DNA of 64,000 nt from an uncultured Gemmatimonadota bacterium (GCA_951812955.1 OX638340.1:2304001-2368000), one strand, 5' to 3'. Positions 37,817 through 47,693 are shown, counted from the stretch's first letter. Translations and numbers: made by a program. The notes: generated by a model from the sequence alone, not told the origin.

Positions 37817-38782
37817 TCATTGTGCGGATACCTCGGAAACCCAGGAATCGACCAGAAACCGGGCGATGGAATCCCGTCGGGGCAAGGCGTACGCCACCGA
37901 TTCGTCGCCCCATTCGCCGAAGGCCCGTACTTCCTCCGCGGTGAACCAGCGGGCATCCACGAGTTCATCGGGGTTCACCGTGATCCCGGTGGTTTCGGCC
38001 CGCGCGCGGAAACCCAGCATCAGCGAAGACGGAAAAGGCCAGGGCTGCGACGCCTGGTAGTATGCTGAGCGCACGCGAACGCCGACCTCTTCGAACACTT
38101 CCCGGGCTACCGTTTCCTCCAGACTTTCACCCGGCTCCGAGTAGCCGGAAAGGGTGGAATACACGTTTGGCGGCGGACGGTGGTGGTTTCCCAAAAGGCA
38201 TCTGGGCGGGCCTCCGCCGTCCGGGCGGAACTCCACCAGCGTTATCACCGCGGGGTCAATACGGGGAAACAGGGTCCGCCCACAGCCCTTCCGCGTACAC
38301 CGGCGACGGTGACCTCCGTCCCGGCTTTCGGTGTGGTGTCCGCAGCGGCCGCAGTGCCGGTTCTGGCGGTGCCAGTATAGCATGCCCCGCGCGTACGCCA
38401 TCAGCGCCGCGCCGCGCGTCTCGATAGACGGACCGGCACGCCACAGGTCCTGGAACGTCCCCCGGCTTCCGGCCGCTGCCGTAGCGTCCCCTTCGTCGGC
38501 ATCGGACAGGTCCGCTGCGAAAACAGCCCGGCCGTCCTCCATGCCCAGGAACACGGTTTCGCAACTCGCTACCAGCACGTCCGCGGCGGCAGGTTGCGTG
38601 CAGATGACGGCGCATGGGCGGGCCGGCGCTTCCCCGTCGCCGATCAGGTTAAGATCGCGCCAGACGGGTATGACGCGGGTATCCTCCCGGCTCAGCTGAG
38701 CGGTCAGCCAGTTCGCATCGCTCCGCCGGTCCGCCGGCCGCGCCAGCGGGACGTCCGCGAATTTCAGTACGGGATTCGTCAT
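37817..38782 (-). CDS. nudC: NAD+ diphosphatase (NudC-type NUDIX hydrolase with zinc ribbon)
   Basis: Zn-ribbon C-x2-C...C-x2-C (CGRCGHHT...CTRKGC) lies before the NUDIX box GYSEPGESLEETVAREVFEEVGV. Confidence 0.8.
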   Translation of the reverse strand: MTNPVLKFADVPLARPADRRSDANWLTAQLSREDTRVIPVWRDLNLIGDGEAPARPCAVICTQPAAADVLVASCETVFLGMEDGRAVFAADLSDADEGDATAAAGSRGTFQDLWRAGPSIETRGAALMAYARGMLYWHRQNRHCGRCGHHTESRDGGHRRRCTRKGCGRTLFPRIDPAVITLVEFRPDGGGPPRCLLGNHHRPPPNVYSTLSGYSEPGESLEETVAREVFEEVGVRVRSAYYQASQPWPFPSSLMLGFRARAETTGITVNPDELVDARWFTAEEVRAFGEWGDESVAYALPRRDSIARFLVDSWVSEVSAQ

Positions 38783-38873
38783 AAGGCACTCGCACCGAGC
38801 CGGTTGCATTTATGGTATTTACTTCGTGCGGGCGGCCCCGGCTTCTGCCGCGGCGCAACCGCCCGGTATTATC

Positions 38874-40127
38874 CTACAACAGGGTTTCCAGCGTGTTGAC
38901 GAAGGCCTCGTTCTCATCCGGCGTGCCGACGGTCACGCGCAAATACCCCTTCAGCCCCCACCACATGGCGTCGCCGATCCAGACCTTCCGCTCCTGGAGC
39001 GCATTGAACACGCGCTCGGATTCATCCCCGAGCTGAAACAGGACGAAACAGGAATCGCTGGGCGTATACGGGATGCCCAGCCGATCGAAGGCCTTGCCCA
39101 GGTACGCCTTGCCTTCCTCCACCGTCCTGCGGCTCCGCTCGTAATGGGCGTCGTCGTCCAGCGCGGCGATGGCGGCATGCAGACCCAGGTTGCTCGGGGG
39201 ACCGCCCAGGTTGTAGAGCGACAGTTTTCTTCTCAACCGGGGCGAAAGCACCGCGTATCCCACGCGCAGTCCAGCGAGGCCGTACACCTTGGAGAACGTC
39301 CGGGATACGATGACGTTTTCTTGCTCGAGGGCCAGGTATATGGCGTCGCGGTAGTCCGGGTCGGTCGTGTAATCGATATACGCTTCGTCGATGAACACCG
39401 TAACGCGTTCGGGCACGGACCGCACGAAATCCGCCAGTACGTCATGGTCCACCACCGTGCTGGTCGGGTTGTTGGGATTCGTCACGACCACGACCGTCGT
39501 GTTGTCGTTGATCCGCTCGTACATGGCGTCCAGGTTGTGCCGAAGGTCCCGGGTCAGACGTACGTTATTGACCTTGATGTCGGCCCCTTCTTCTTCCTTG
39601 AACCGCCTCCAGACGTCCGCGGTGTCGAAGTAGGCGGGCTGGGCCTGGACCAGCTCCGCCTTGTCCCGGACCGTCGCCAGGCCCACTGCGTGAAGAATCA
39701 TGCTGGAACCCGCGCTGAGCGCCACCCGACGGTTTTTCGTGACCTCTTCCCAGTTGTCCCACGTCGTCTCGGTTACCGGCAAGCCGTGTTTTCGCTCGAG
39801 GGCGTTGATCAGGACTTCCGACGGGTCCGGCATGGAACTCCAGTGGTAACGGTTCACGCCGAACATGCGGGCTGCGACGGCTGCGACGGCCCTGGGGGAC
39901 GGTCCCAGGGGGTTTTCGTTGGACGACAGGTTCACGTAGCCCGGCTCGATGCCGAATCCCTGTATGTCTTCCGGTTTCTTGCCCGAAAGCAGCGCTTGCG
40001 CCATGACCATGGGATCGGCGGCTAAGGCCCCCAAGCCCCCCAGCAGCGATCCCGCAATGAATCCGCGCCGCGTCAGGTTGGATTCTGGTTTCATTATATC
40101 CCACTCCCTTAGTTCTGGCCTCTTCAA
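38874..40127 (-). CDS. Class I/II-fold PLP aminotransferase (histidinol-phosphate aminotransferase family) with twin-arginine (Tat) signal peptide
   Basis: Tat motif LTRRGFIAGS with an h-region and AQA cleavage site. The domain is HisC/CobD-like (..YVNLSSNENPLGPSP.. and a ..SRTFSKVYGLAGLRVGY.. lysine motif). Confidence 0.75.
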   Translation of the reverse strand: MKRPELREWDIMKPESNLTRRGFIAGSLLGGLGALAADPMVMAQALLSGKKPEDIQGFGIEPGYVNLSSNENPLGPSPRAVAAVAARMFGVNRYHWSSMPDPSEVLINALERKHGLPVTETTWDNWEEVTKNRRVALSAGSSMILHAVGLATVRDKAELVQAQPAYFDTADVWRRFKEEEGADIKVNNVRLTRDLRHNLDAMYERINDNTTVVVVTNPNNPTSTVVDHDVLADFVRSVPERVTVFIDEAYIDYTTDPDYRDAIYLALEQENVIVSRTFSKVYGLAGLRVGYAVLSPRLRRKLSLYNLGGPPSNLGLHAAIAALDDDAHYERSRRTVEEGKAYLGKAFDRLGIPYTPSDSCFVLFQLGDESERVFNALQERKVWIGDAMWWGLKGYLRVTVGTPDENEAFVNTLETLL

Positions 40128-40148
40128 CCAGGTGGTTTCTGTTGGGAT

Positions 40149-41549
40149 TTAAGCCCGTATCTTCTTAACCACTTCCCGGATGCTGTCCCGGAGCAGATCC
40201 AACATGAGGTCGGTCTCTTCCCGGCTGATAACGAGGGGCGGCGCCAGGGCGATCCAGCCAGGGTCGAAACGGGTCAGCAACCCCTTCTCCAGCGCGGTCT
40301 GCCCTACCTGCACGCCGAACTTCAGCGAAGGATCGAAAGGCACGCCAGTCTCGGAATCCTCGACGAATTCAATCCCGGCCAGCAGGCCGCAACCCCGGAT
40401 ATCGCCCACGATCCCCAGTTCCCGGAGGTCCTCCAGGCGCTCGCGGAGGTATGCCCCCTCCTCTCTCGCACGTGTACAGAGATCCCGTTCCTGGATCTCC
40501 GCCAGGTTCGCCAGGCCGGCCGCCGCGGCCAGCGGGTTTCCGCCGAAGGTATGGCCGTGAGAGAACTCGACCTCGTCTTCTTCCCGGCCGAGAAAGGCGG
40601 CGGCGATGGAATCCCGGAAGGCAATCCCGGCCAGGGGCACGTATCCGCTGGACATGCCCTTGCCCATGCACAGGATGTCGGGCGTCGCATCGAAGGTCTG
40701 GGCCGCGAACATGTTGCCCGTGCGGCCGAAACCGGTGATGATCTCATCGTAGATCAGGAGAATCTCGTGCCGGGTGCATATGTCCCTGAGCGTTGAGAGG
40801 TAGCCCGGCGGCGGCATGATGATGCCCCCGGTGTTCCCCACGGGTTCCAGGATGAGCGCCGCGATGGTCTCGGCTCCTTCCAGCTCGACCAGGTCCTCCA
40901 CCGTACGCGCGCAGAAGATCTCGCAATCCGGGAAAGTCTTTTCGTAGGGACATCGGAAACAGGTAGGGGGGTGGACGTGCAGGAAACCGTGCAGCGTGGG
41001 TTCGAACATGGTCTTGCGCCGGCGCGTGCCCGTGGCCGACAGGGCGCCCATCGTCGCGCCGTGGTACCCGTGAAAACGGGAGATCACCTTGAACTTGCCC
41101 GGGTTGCCGGTCTGCCGATGGTACTGCCGCGCCAGCTTCATGGCTGACTCGGTGGCCTCCGAACCGCCGGATAGCAACTTGATCGTGTTCAGGTCCTCCG
41201 GCGTGACTTCCGAGAGCCGCCGGACAAGCTCGATGGCCGGGGGGCTGGTGGCGTGGAGCGGAGGAGCGAAGGCCATGGTGTCCAGCTGCGCCTTGATCGC
41301 CTCGATGATCCGCCGGTTGCCGTGGCCGGCGTTTACGGTGAAGATGCCCGATATGCCGTCCAGGATCCGCCGCCCGTTTACATCCTCGTACCAGACCCCG
41401 TCCGCCTTCCGAATGACGAGGGGATCTTCGATGAAGGTCTCCATCTGGCGCAGGTCGAGGACCAGCCGCCGGAGGGATTCGGGCGCTGTGAGCAGTTGGG
41501 AATCCATGGCGCTTCTCTTGAAATCGGGCAGACCAGGGAACGCTTGCAA
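40149..41549 (-). CDS. Class III PLP aminotransferase (omega-aminotransferase family)
   Basis: 466 aa with ...GSEATESAMKLAR... and the ...DEIITGFGRTG... class III signature. Confidence 0.9.
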   Translation of the reverse strand: MQAFPGLPDFKRSAMDSQLLTAPESLRRLVLDLRQMETFIEDPLVIRKADGVWYEDVNGRRILDGISGIFTVNAGHGNRRIIEAIKAQLDTMAFAPPLHATSPPAIELVRRLSEVTPEDLNTIKLLSGGSEATESAMKLARQYHRQTGNPGKFKVISRFHGYHGATMGALSATGTRRRKTMFEPTLHGFLHVHPPTCFRCPYEKTFPDCEIFCARTVEDLVELEGAETIAALILEPVGNTGGIIMPPPGYLSTLRDICTRHEILLIYDEIITGFGRTGNMFAAQTFDATPDILCMGKGMSSGYVPLAGIAFRDSIAAAFLGREEDEVEFSHGHTFGGNPLAAAAGLANLAEIQERDLCTRAREEGAYLRERLEDLRELGIVGDIRGCGLLAGIEFVEDSETGVPFDPSLKFGVQVGQTALEKGLLTRFDPGWIALAPPLVISREETDLMLDLLRDSIREVVKKIRA

Positions 41550-41576
41550 AGGACGATCGGGGGAGACCGCCCGGCA

Positions 41577-41725
41577 TATGGCCGACGACTAGTACAGCCG
41601 GTCGATCACGACGTCCGCTCCGGAGTATGGCCGACGACTAGTACAGCCGGTCGATCACGACGTCCGCTCCGGAGTATGGCCGACGACTAGTACAGCCGGT
41701 CGATGACGACGTCCGCTCCGGATTC
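41577..41725. repeat. Three tandem 50-bp units, each encoding the last 11 codons plus stop (SGADVVIDRLY*) of the hypothetical secreted protein gene
   Basis: tatggccgacgactagtacagccggtcgatcacgacgtccgctccggag x2 nearly perfect. The third unit has c>g and is the true gene end. Confidence 0.85.
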
Positions 41726-42307
41726 TCCGATGACCACCCTAGGGATGACCCCTTCCATATCGCCGGCCTGCGGTACGCCGGCGTTTCCGTCCAAGTCGAT
41801 GCGCGCGACAATGGTGACTTCACCGGTGAAAGAAGGGCCCTGGACCGCCTGGTCCGCACCCGTCAGCGTGTACGGCATGGGAAACCGCAGGCTTCTGAAT
41901 CGCTTGACGGCAAGGGGCGGGCCGTTCTCGCCCCGTCTCGCCATGACGTACATGGTCTCCGAGCCTCTGAGCCGTGAGAAAAGTCCCGGCGTGATGTCGA
42001 TGGTTCCCGATACGCTTTCTCCGCTTACCGGGACTGCGGTGGGTTGTCCTTCCTCGAAGCTTCGGCCGGCTATCCGGCTGCCATCCATCGGCTGTTGCCG
42101 TTCCACGAAGGATCTGCCGGACGCCATTCCGCCGTCTTCGGGCAAGGGACGCAGGTTCTGATCGCATCCGCACCAGATCAGCAGGCCCAGCAATATCGAT
42201 TCAAGATGGAATTTGCGCATATTCAAATGGGATTCGACCGCCGGGAATACTCCGTTTTGCGGGTGTTTTTCGTCGTCCGAATACTCCGGATAGTCTAGGC
42301 GAACCAC
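41687..42307 (-). CDS. Hypothetical secreted protein
   Basis: N-terminal signal-like hydrophobic segment (LESILLGLLIWCGC). No recognisable domain. Confidence 0.45.
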   Translation of the reverse strand: MVRLDYPEYSDDEKHPQNGVFPAVESHLNMRKFHLESILLGLLIWCGCDQNLRPLPEDGGMASGRSFVERQQPMDGSRIAGRSFEEGQPTAVPVSGESVSGTIDITPGLFSRLRGSETMYVMARRGENGPPLAVKRFRSLRFPMPYTLTGADQAVQGPSFTGEVTIVARIDLDGNAGVPQAGDMEGVIPRVVIGESGADVVIDRLY

Positions 42308-42570
42308 CGGTTGTTGTCAACCTCTATGTACCTGTGCGCGGTAGAATAAAGTGCTTGACTAGACCCGTTGCGTAAATCTAACATGGAACTTCGTCGGCGG
42401 CTCCGTTCTCGGGGATCGGCCGGCACGATAGTTCAGGCAAGCGAAGCACGAGCGCACCACTCCTTTGCCGTGCCTGCCGCGGGTGGTATGGTCTCGCCAG
42501 ATTCCACCTTCTCTTTGCGATAAACCGGGTATTATACGCAACGGTTCCCCGGAACCAGGACGGAACAGTC

Positions 42571-43203
42571 ATGCCGCAGGGTACGATAACCAGGCTGAAC
42601 CACACCAGGGGATACGGATTCATCAACACGCCGGAGAACGAGGACCTGTTTTTTCATCGATCCAATATAATGGATGCGCAGTTTTCTCTATTGCAGGTCG
42701 GCGACCAGGTGACCTATACGGTTCAGTTCACTTCCCGCGGTCCACGGGCCGACCAGGTCCAGGTCGAGAGTCCGTCCGTGAAGCTCCAGGTCAACCTGGC
42801 CGTGAAGGACCTGCGTGTGTCCGCAGCATTCTACACCGAGACCTTCGATTTCAAGGAACTTTCTAACAATCCCGGCTATATCCTCCTTAAACGGAACGAT
42901 CTGATAATCGGATTGAAGACGGACGAACTGCTCTGGCATCCGGACCCTGGGGAACAGCCCGATGCGGCGCTCGTTCGGGGCGTGGGGGTCGAACTGGTCC
43001 TGGAAATCTCGGATATCGGCCAGTTTCACGCAAGGATGCAACAGGCCGGCGTGACCATACACGAACCGTTGAAAGAACAGCCGTGGGGCGCCACGGACTT
43101 CCGCATGCTGGATCCGGACGGGTACTACTGGCGGATCACGTCTCCCCGCGACCGCGATGTCGTCCACGCCGAAGAAGAACCGACGGAAGGTGAACCCGCG
43201 TGA
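42571..43203 (+). CDS. Cold-shock domain (CSD) fused to a glyoxalase/VOC-fold domain
   Basis: N-terminus [28 protein letters not shown] is a CspA-like RNP motif. The C-terminal ~130 aa have the VOC pattern (..[21 protein letters not shown].. then ..[10 protein letters not shown]). Confidence 0.7.
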   Translation: MPQGTITRLNHTRGYGFINTPENEDLFFHRSNIMDAQFSLLQVGDQVTYTVQFTSRGPRADQVQVESPSVKLQVNLAVKDLRVSAAFYTETFDFKELSNNPGYILLKRNDLIIGLKTDELLWHPDPGEQPDAALVRGVGVELVLEISDIGQFHARMQQAGVTIHEPLKEQPWGATDFRMLDPDGYYWRITSPRDRDVVHAEEEPTEGEPA

Positions 43204-43937
43204 GACTACTGGGAATCGATATCGGCGGATCGGGTATTAAGGGCGCGCCGGTCTGTCTGGAATCCGGGAAACTCGAGACGGAACGGTTCAGGATCGCGAC
43301 CCCCCAACCGGCCACCCCCGGTAAAGTCATCAAGACCGCGGCGGAAATCGTCCGGCACTTCGACCTCGAGGGTCCCGTGGGTTTCGGCTTTCCCGCGGTG
43401 ATCAAGAACGGCACGGTAAGGACCGCGGCGAACATCGACTCGTCCTGGATCGGCGTGAACGCGGCCGAACGCCTGGCGGAGGCAACGGGCCGTCCGGTCG
43501 TTCTCGTGAACGACGCCGATGCGGCGGGTATAGCGGAAATGCATTACGGCTCGGGCAGGGGCAGGGACGGCGTGGTGGTCATCGCGACCCTCGGAACCGG
43601 TATCGGAACCTCCCTGTTTGTCGACGGCAAGCTCGTGCCCAGCACGGAATTCGGCCACATCGAGATGAAAGGGCGCGTGGCGGAGAAATACGCCGCCGAC
43701 AGCGTGCGGAATGAGAAGCGGCTGGGCTGGCGGGAATGGGGCGGGCGCGTAAACGAGTACCTTTGCAAGCTGAACGAGCTGATCCGGCCGGACCTGATCA
43801 TCGTGGGCGGCGGCGCCAGCAACAAGTACGAAAAGTTTTCCCCGTGCTTCACCGTGGATACCGAGGTCGTACCCGCCCGGCTGAGAAACCAGGCCGGGAT
43901 CATCGGGGCGGCCCTGGCCGCGCAGACCGCCGCGTGA
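43200..43937 (+). CDS. ppgK: Polyphosphate glucokinase / ROK-family sugar kinase
   Basis: [17 protein letters not shown]-terminus. ...EFGHIEM... and the overall ~245-aa PPGK architecture. The start overlaps the upstream stop. Confidence 0.8.
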   Translation: MRLLGIDIGGSGIKGAPVCLESGKLETERFRIATPQPATPGKVIKTAAEIVRHFDLEGPVGFGFPAVIKNGTVRTAANIDSSWIGVNAAERLAEATGRPVVLVNDADAAGIAEMHYGSGRGRDGVVVIATLGTGIGTSLFVDGKLVPSTEFGHIEMKGRVAEKYAADSVRNEKRLGWREWGGRVNEYLCKLNELIRPDLIIVGGGASNKYEKFSPCFTVDTEVVPARLRNQAGIIGAALAAQTAA

Positions 43938-43964
43938 CCCGCGAGAACGACGAAAGCGCCGTAC

Positions 43965-44840
43965 ATGTCCATTCTCACCAAGTCGAAACTGTTTCCCCTG
44001 CTGCCCGACGGCGTCCGCGGACGCGTGACTGAGAAACACCGGCTTTCCCCGTCCGGCCGCCTTAAGAGCAGGAAACAGGCCGGAGAGTTCATCCTGGAAC
44101 GGTGTTTCGTTTCGGTATACTCCGGTACCGAACTTCCCAGTATCCAGGAGGCCATTGACGGCAGGACCGACCTTTCCGATCGCGGTGACCGGATAAGCAC
44201 GGGACAAGGCATCGCCAGCATCTGGATGGGCGACCTGACGGAAGCCGTACCCTGCCTTGTCGGCACGTTCGTGAAGCGAAAGCCCACGCTGGTCGCCCGA
44301 AAGCACTGGGCAGCGCTGCTGGCCATGGAACGGGAGGGTTTCAAGGGCGCCCGGGAACGCAACCGGATATCCCCGGCGGCATACCACCTGGCCGACTGCA
44401 TCGAACGAGACGGTCCGGCCACGGGTCAAACCCTCCGCGATCGACTCGCCGAATCCGTCCGCATGGACAGGCGGACATTCCGCAAGGCATTGCTGGAGCT
44501 CGAGAAACTGTGGTTGATCGTTCCCGGACGTATCGAAAGGAGCATGCACGACGCGGCTTCGTGCGTATGGGAGTTGACGAAGCGATGGGTGCCTGCCGAC
44601 ACGGCGAGGGAAGCCGTCTCCATGACCCGCCGTCACGCCATGCGCAGCCTGCTCCTGGGCGCCGTGGATTCCGCGGGGGCCGTCGACGAGAAGGCGGTCT
44701 ACAGCTGGTTCGGCTGGCCCCGGTCCATGACGGGCGTCCTCATGCAGGAAGCCCTGTCGGCGGAAGCGTGCTTCCGGGTAGCCGGCCCCAATCCCGTGAT
44801 CATTTCGAGTGACCTGGCCGAAATCTGGCCGGAAGCCTAG
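43965..44840 (+). CDS. Hypothetical protein (possibly winged-helix, AlkZ/YcaQ-like)
   Basis: No confident motif. Helical and basic. The assignment is speculative. Confidence 0.3.
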   Translation: MSILTKSKLFPLLPDGVRGRVTEKHRLSPSGRLKSRKQAGEFILERCFVSVYSGTELPSIQEAIDGRTDLSDRGDRISTGQGIASIWMGDLTEAVPCLVGTFVKRKPTLVARKHWAALLAMEREGFKGARERNRISPAAYHLADCIERDGPATGQTLRDRLAESVRMDRRTFRKALLELEKLWLIVPGRIERSMHDAASCVWELTKRWVPADTAREAVSMTRRHAMRSLLLGAVDSAGAVDEKAVYSWFGWPRSMTGVLMQEALSAEACFRVAGPNPVIISSDLAEIWPEA

Positions 44841-44964
44841 CACGGCTGGTCCGATCGGCGGCGGAACTTCCGCCCAGCCTACGGGGGAACGCCCGTCCGA
44901 CCGGCGGCGCATCCCCACGGCCAACCTGTGAGCCGAATCCCATCCCTAAGGAACCCGTCCCGAT

Positions 44965-45735
44965 ATGCGCCTATACCACGATGACGACCAGGCCCGGCTC
45001 TGGCTGGGCGACGCGCGCAGGATGGACCCGATCCCCGACGGGTGCGCCAGCCTGGTGCTGACGTGTCCGCCCTGGTGGGACGGCGGCGACTACGGCCACC
45101 CGGACCAGATCGGCTTCGGCCAGACCTATGCTGGGTTTCTAACCTCCCTCTCCGAGGTCTGGGCGCATTGCCGACGGTGCCTGATGCCCGGCAGGGCGAT
45201 GATCGTCTGGATCGCAGATCTGCTCTGGCGGGAAGAACCGGTCGCGCTTGTGGCGGACGCGCACCGCGGTCTCCAGGAGGCCGGGTTTCTGTACGAGGCG
45301 ACCTGGTACTGGTTCGATCCGCGGAAGGAAACGAGGAAGGAAGAGGCGGATGCCCGCGTGCCGCTCGGATGCCGGCCCAAGGCGCACGCCGAGACCATCC
45401 TGGTCTACCGTAAGCCTGGCGCCGCCGAAACGCCCGCACCCGGCGTCATACAAAAAAGCCGCGTACCCGCGGAAGAATGGCGGGCGGGCCGCCAGGCCGT
45501 ATGGATGCCCGACGAGAACCTGGAACCCCCATACCAACGCCTGATTCGCCTCTGGTCATACGCGGGAGAAACGGTCCTGGATCCCTTTGCCGGGCAGGGC
45601 ATGATCGCGCTGGCGGCGCGTGCGCTCGAGCGCCGCAGCATCTCCGTGGAACTGAATTCCGATTCCTGCCGGCAGATCGTCTCGCTCCTCGCGGAGCCTC
45701 ACATGCCGTGTTCGTCCAGCAGCCGCCGCAGGTAG
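44965..45735 (+). CDS. DNA methyltransferase, N4/N6 family (beta-class order: motif IV then motif I); atypical CPPW catalytic motif
   Basis: SLVLTCPPWW lies where (D/S)PPY sits in the N6_N4_Mtase family. The C-terminal SAM motif is VLDPFAGQGMIALAA. No restriction endonuclease was recognised nearby. Confidence 0.7.
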   Translation: MRLYHDDDQARLWLGDARRMDPIPDGCASLVLTCPPWWDGGDYGHPDQIGFGQTYAGFLTSLSEVWAHCRRCLMPGRAMIVWIADLLWREEPVALVADAHRGLQEAGFLYEATWYWFDPRKETRKEEADARVPLGCRPKAHAETILVYRKPGAAETPAPGVIQKSRVPAEEWRAGRQAVWMPDENLEPPYQRLIRLWSYAGETVLDPFAGQGMIALAARALERRSISVELNSDSCRQIVSLLAEPHMPCSSSSRRR

Positions 45736-46535
45736 GCGACGGCCTTGGGTACCGCCGTCTCCTCGGCTTCAACGTCCTGCCCTTCGTAAACGACCGACAT
45801 CCAGCCATTGAAACCGACCTGCTTCAGGATCCCGAGAATGCGTGGATAGTCCAGCCACGCTTCCTCGCCGGACTGGACGCGGTAGAACTTCGCCCGGACG
45901 TGCGCGGCGTGCGGCGCGCTTTTCTCCATACTTCCGTAGAAATCGTATGCGGGATCGGGATTGCCTCTCGCTCCCGATGCGCCCGGTGACCCGGCGTACT
46001 GGCCCGTGTCCAGTATATGGGTGAAGGAAGGGTGGTTCACTTCGGTGAGAATCCGCACAACGTCATCGCCCGTGCGGGTCACGCACCCGTGGTTGTGGTT
46101 GTGCAGTCCCACGGCGACGCCCCGGGCGGCCCCGTGGGCGACGACCTCCGAAATCGCGTGGATCATGCGGGTCCACGTAACGTCGGCGGGCGTATCGTCC
46201 CGGTCCCACGCGGCGAAGATGCGCACCATCGGCACGTGCATACGCGCGGCCACGTCGATCCAGTGGTTGACCATCCCGATCTCTTCGGCGATCTCACCGG
46301 CCGGCTTTCCGAAGTTGTTGCTGATGCCGAGGTAGGAGATGGCCAGCCCCCGCTGCAGGCATCGCATGCGCACGTCCCCCAGGTACGCGTCGTCTTCCGA
46401 CGCCAGCGCCCGGGTATGGATGTCGATCCCGTCGAGTTCCATTTCCCGGGCGCGGTCGATGAAGTCGAAAAGGTCCATGCGGCCTTCCGAAATGGCGTGA
46501 CCATAGCTTAAGGACATGCAACCGAGTTTAATCAC
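45699..46535 (-). CDS. Sugar phosphate isomerase/epimerase (xylose isomerase-like TIM barrel)
   Basis: AP_endonuc_2/xylose-isomerase-like TIM pattern with conserved His/Glu/Asp positions (..LHNHNHG.., ..HILDTGQ..). Confidence 0.75.
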   Translation of the reverse strand: MIKLGCMSLSYGHAISEGRMDLFDFIDRAREMELDGIDIHTRALASEDDAYLGDVRMRCLQRGLAISYLGISNNFGKPAGEIAEEIGMVNHWIDVAARMHVPMVRIFAAWDRDDTPADVTWTRMIHAISEVVAHGAARGVAVGLHNHNHGCVTRTGDDVVRILTEVNHPSFTHILDTGQYAGSPGASGARGNPDPAYDFYGSMEKSAPHAAHVRAKFYRVQSGEEAWLDYPRILGILKQVGFNGWMSVVYEGQDVEAEETAVPKAVAYLRRLLDEHGM

Positions 46536-47652
46536 TGCGCGTCTTCCTCTCTCCCGGTGGATGTGCTGTCGCCGGGCTGACTGTCGCCGGGCTGGCTGTC
46601 GCCGGACGGGCGGTCGCCGGGCTGGCTGTCGTCCATCGTGCAGGACTGCTCCAGGAAATAGACCATCACGTACTCTTCCGCCGTACGCTTGGGGCCGGGC
46701 AGGTTTCGGATCCGCCGAGCGTGGGCTTCGAGGTGGCGCTTGACGAAGAACAGATATAGCTGGGTGACGAAATCGGTCGCCGTATGATTGTAGAGGTACG
46801 TGGGCGACAGGGAAAGGGTGGTATCAACGCCCGGATAGGCCGCTGTTTGATGGCCTTCCAGCATTTCCTTGTTTATCGATTCGAGCTCCTCGGTGGACAC
46901 GCTGAACAGGAATTCGCGAAAGGCCTGCAACTCCTCCGGCGGACAGGTTTTCCTGGAGAAGTAATCGAGGAACTGGATGTCGCCGCCGGCGCGCATCAGG
47001 GCGAAGATCTCGGACACTCCCATGAGCGTGCCCAGTTGCACGGTGGTCTGCCGCCGAGCTTCCCAGGTGGTCTCCAGCACGGGCAGGAAGGCTTCGATGC
47101 GCCGGGAAAACCGGTCTTCCCAGAGTAAGGTCAGGGCGGTGGCCGCCTTGGTTCGGACGGCGCGGCCGAGACTGTCGTCGCAGACAATGGCGGTCAGTAG
47201 CGATTCGATCACCTTATTGTGTATGCTCTGGCTGATCCGGTTGCCGATTGCGTCTTCCACGGTCGTGAAATCCTTCCTGCCGCCCAGCGCCTCCTGGGCG
47301 ACCTGGTGCAGCAGCCGGAACAGATTGAGTCGCGCCATGACGTACACCTGCCCGACCGCGGCACGCATGGGCAGCAGCATGTCGACCGTGAACAGCGTGG
47401 CGTTGGAAAGCGCTTCGATCAGGGACGAGGCGTCTCTCCGCTGCTGGCCCAGGGACTGGCTTTGCAGCAGGGAGGGATAGGCGTTCATGACCTTTGCTAG
47501 ATCATTCAGCCGGGCGATGGATTCACAGATCGCCTGGTCGAGGTGCGCGGCGTGGGGATTTCTGCTTTCCTTCAGCGAATCGGTGATATCACAGATCAGC
47601 CGTTTGTCGTCGTGAGTCAGGACGGGCGTATCGAGGGTGGTTGTGTCCAACG
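46532..47652 (-). CDS. Hypothetical alpha-helical protein with C-terminal SQPGD pentapeptide repeats
   Basis: C-terminus DDSQPGDRPSGDSQPGDSQPGDS is encoded by a ctgtcgccgggctgg tandem DNA repeat at 46545-46640. The start is uncertain (TTG near 47650 or ATG near 47490) because the tracked 5' extension overlaps rhaM. Confidence 0.4.
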
Positions 47653-47693
47653 TAATTTTGTTTACCCCGCGCGCGGGGGGCGCGCTTTGCCTG

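Noticed and set aside
43965-46535. Complete restriction-modification system around the DNA methyltransferase
   Set aside because: No ORF with a recognisable endonuclease motif is adjacent. The flanking genes are an unknown 291-aa protein and a sugar-phosphate isomerase. It was kept as an orphan MTase finding instead.
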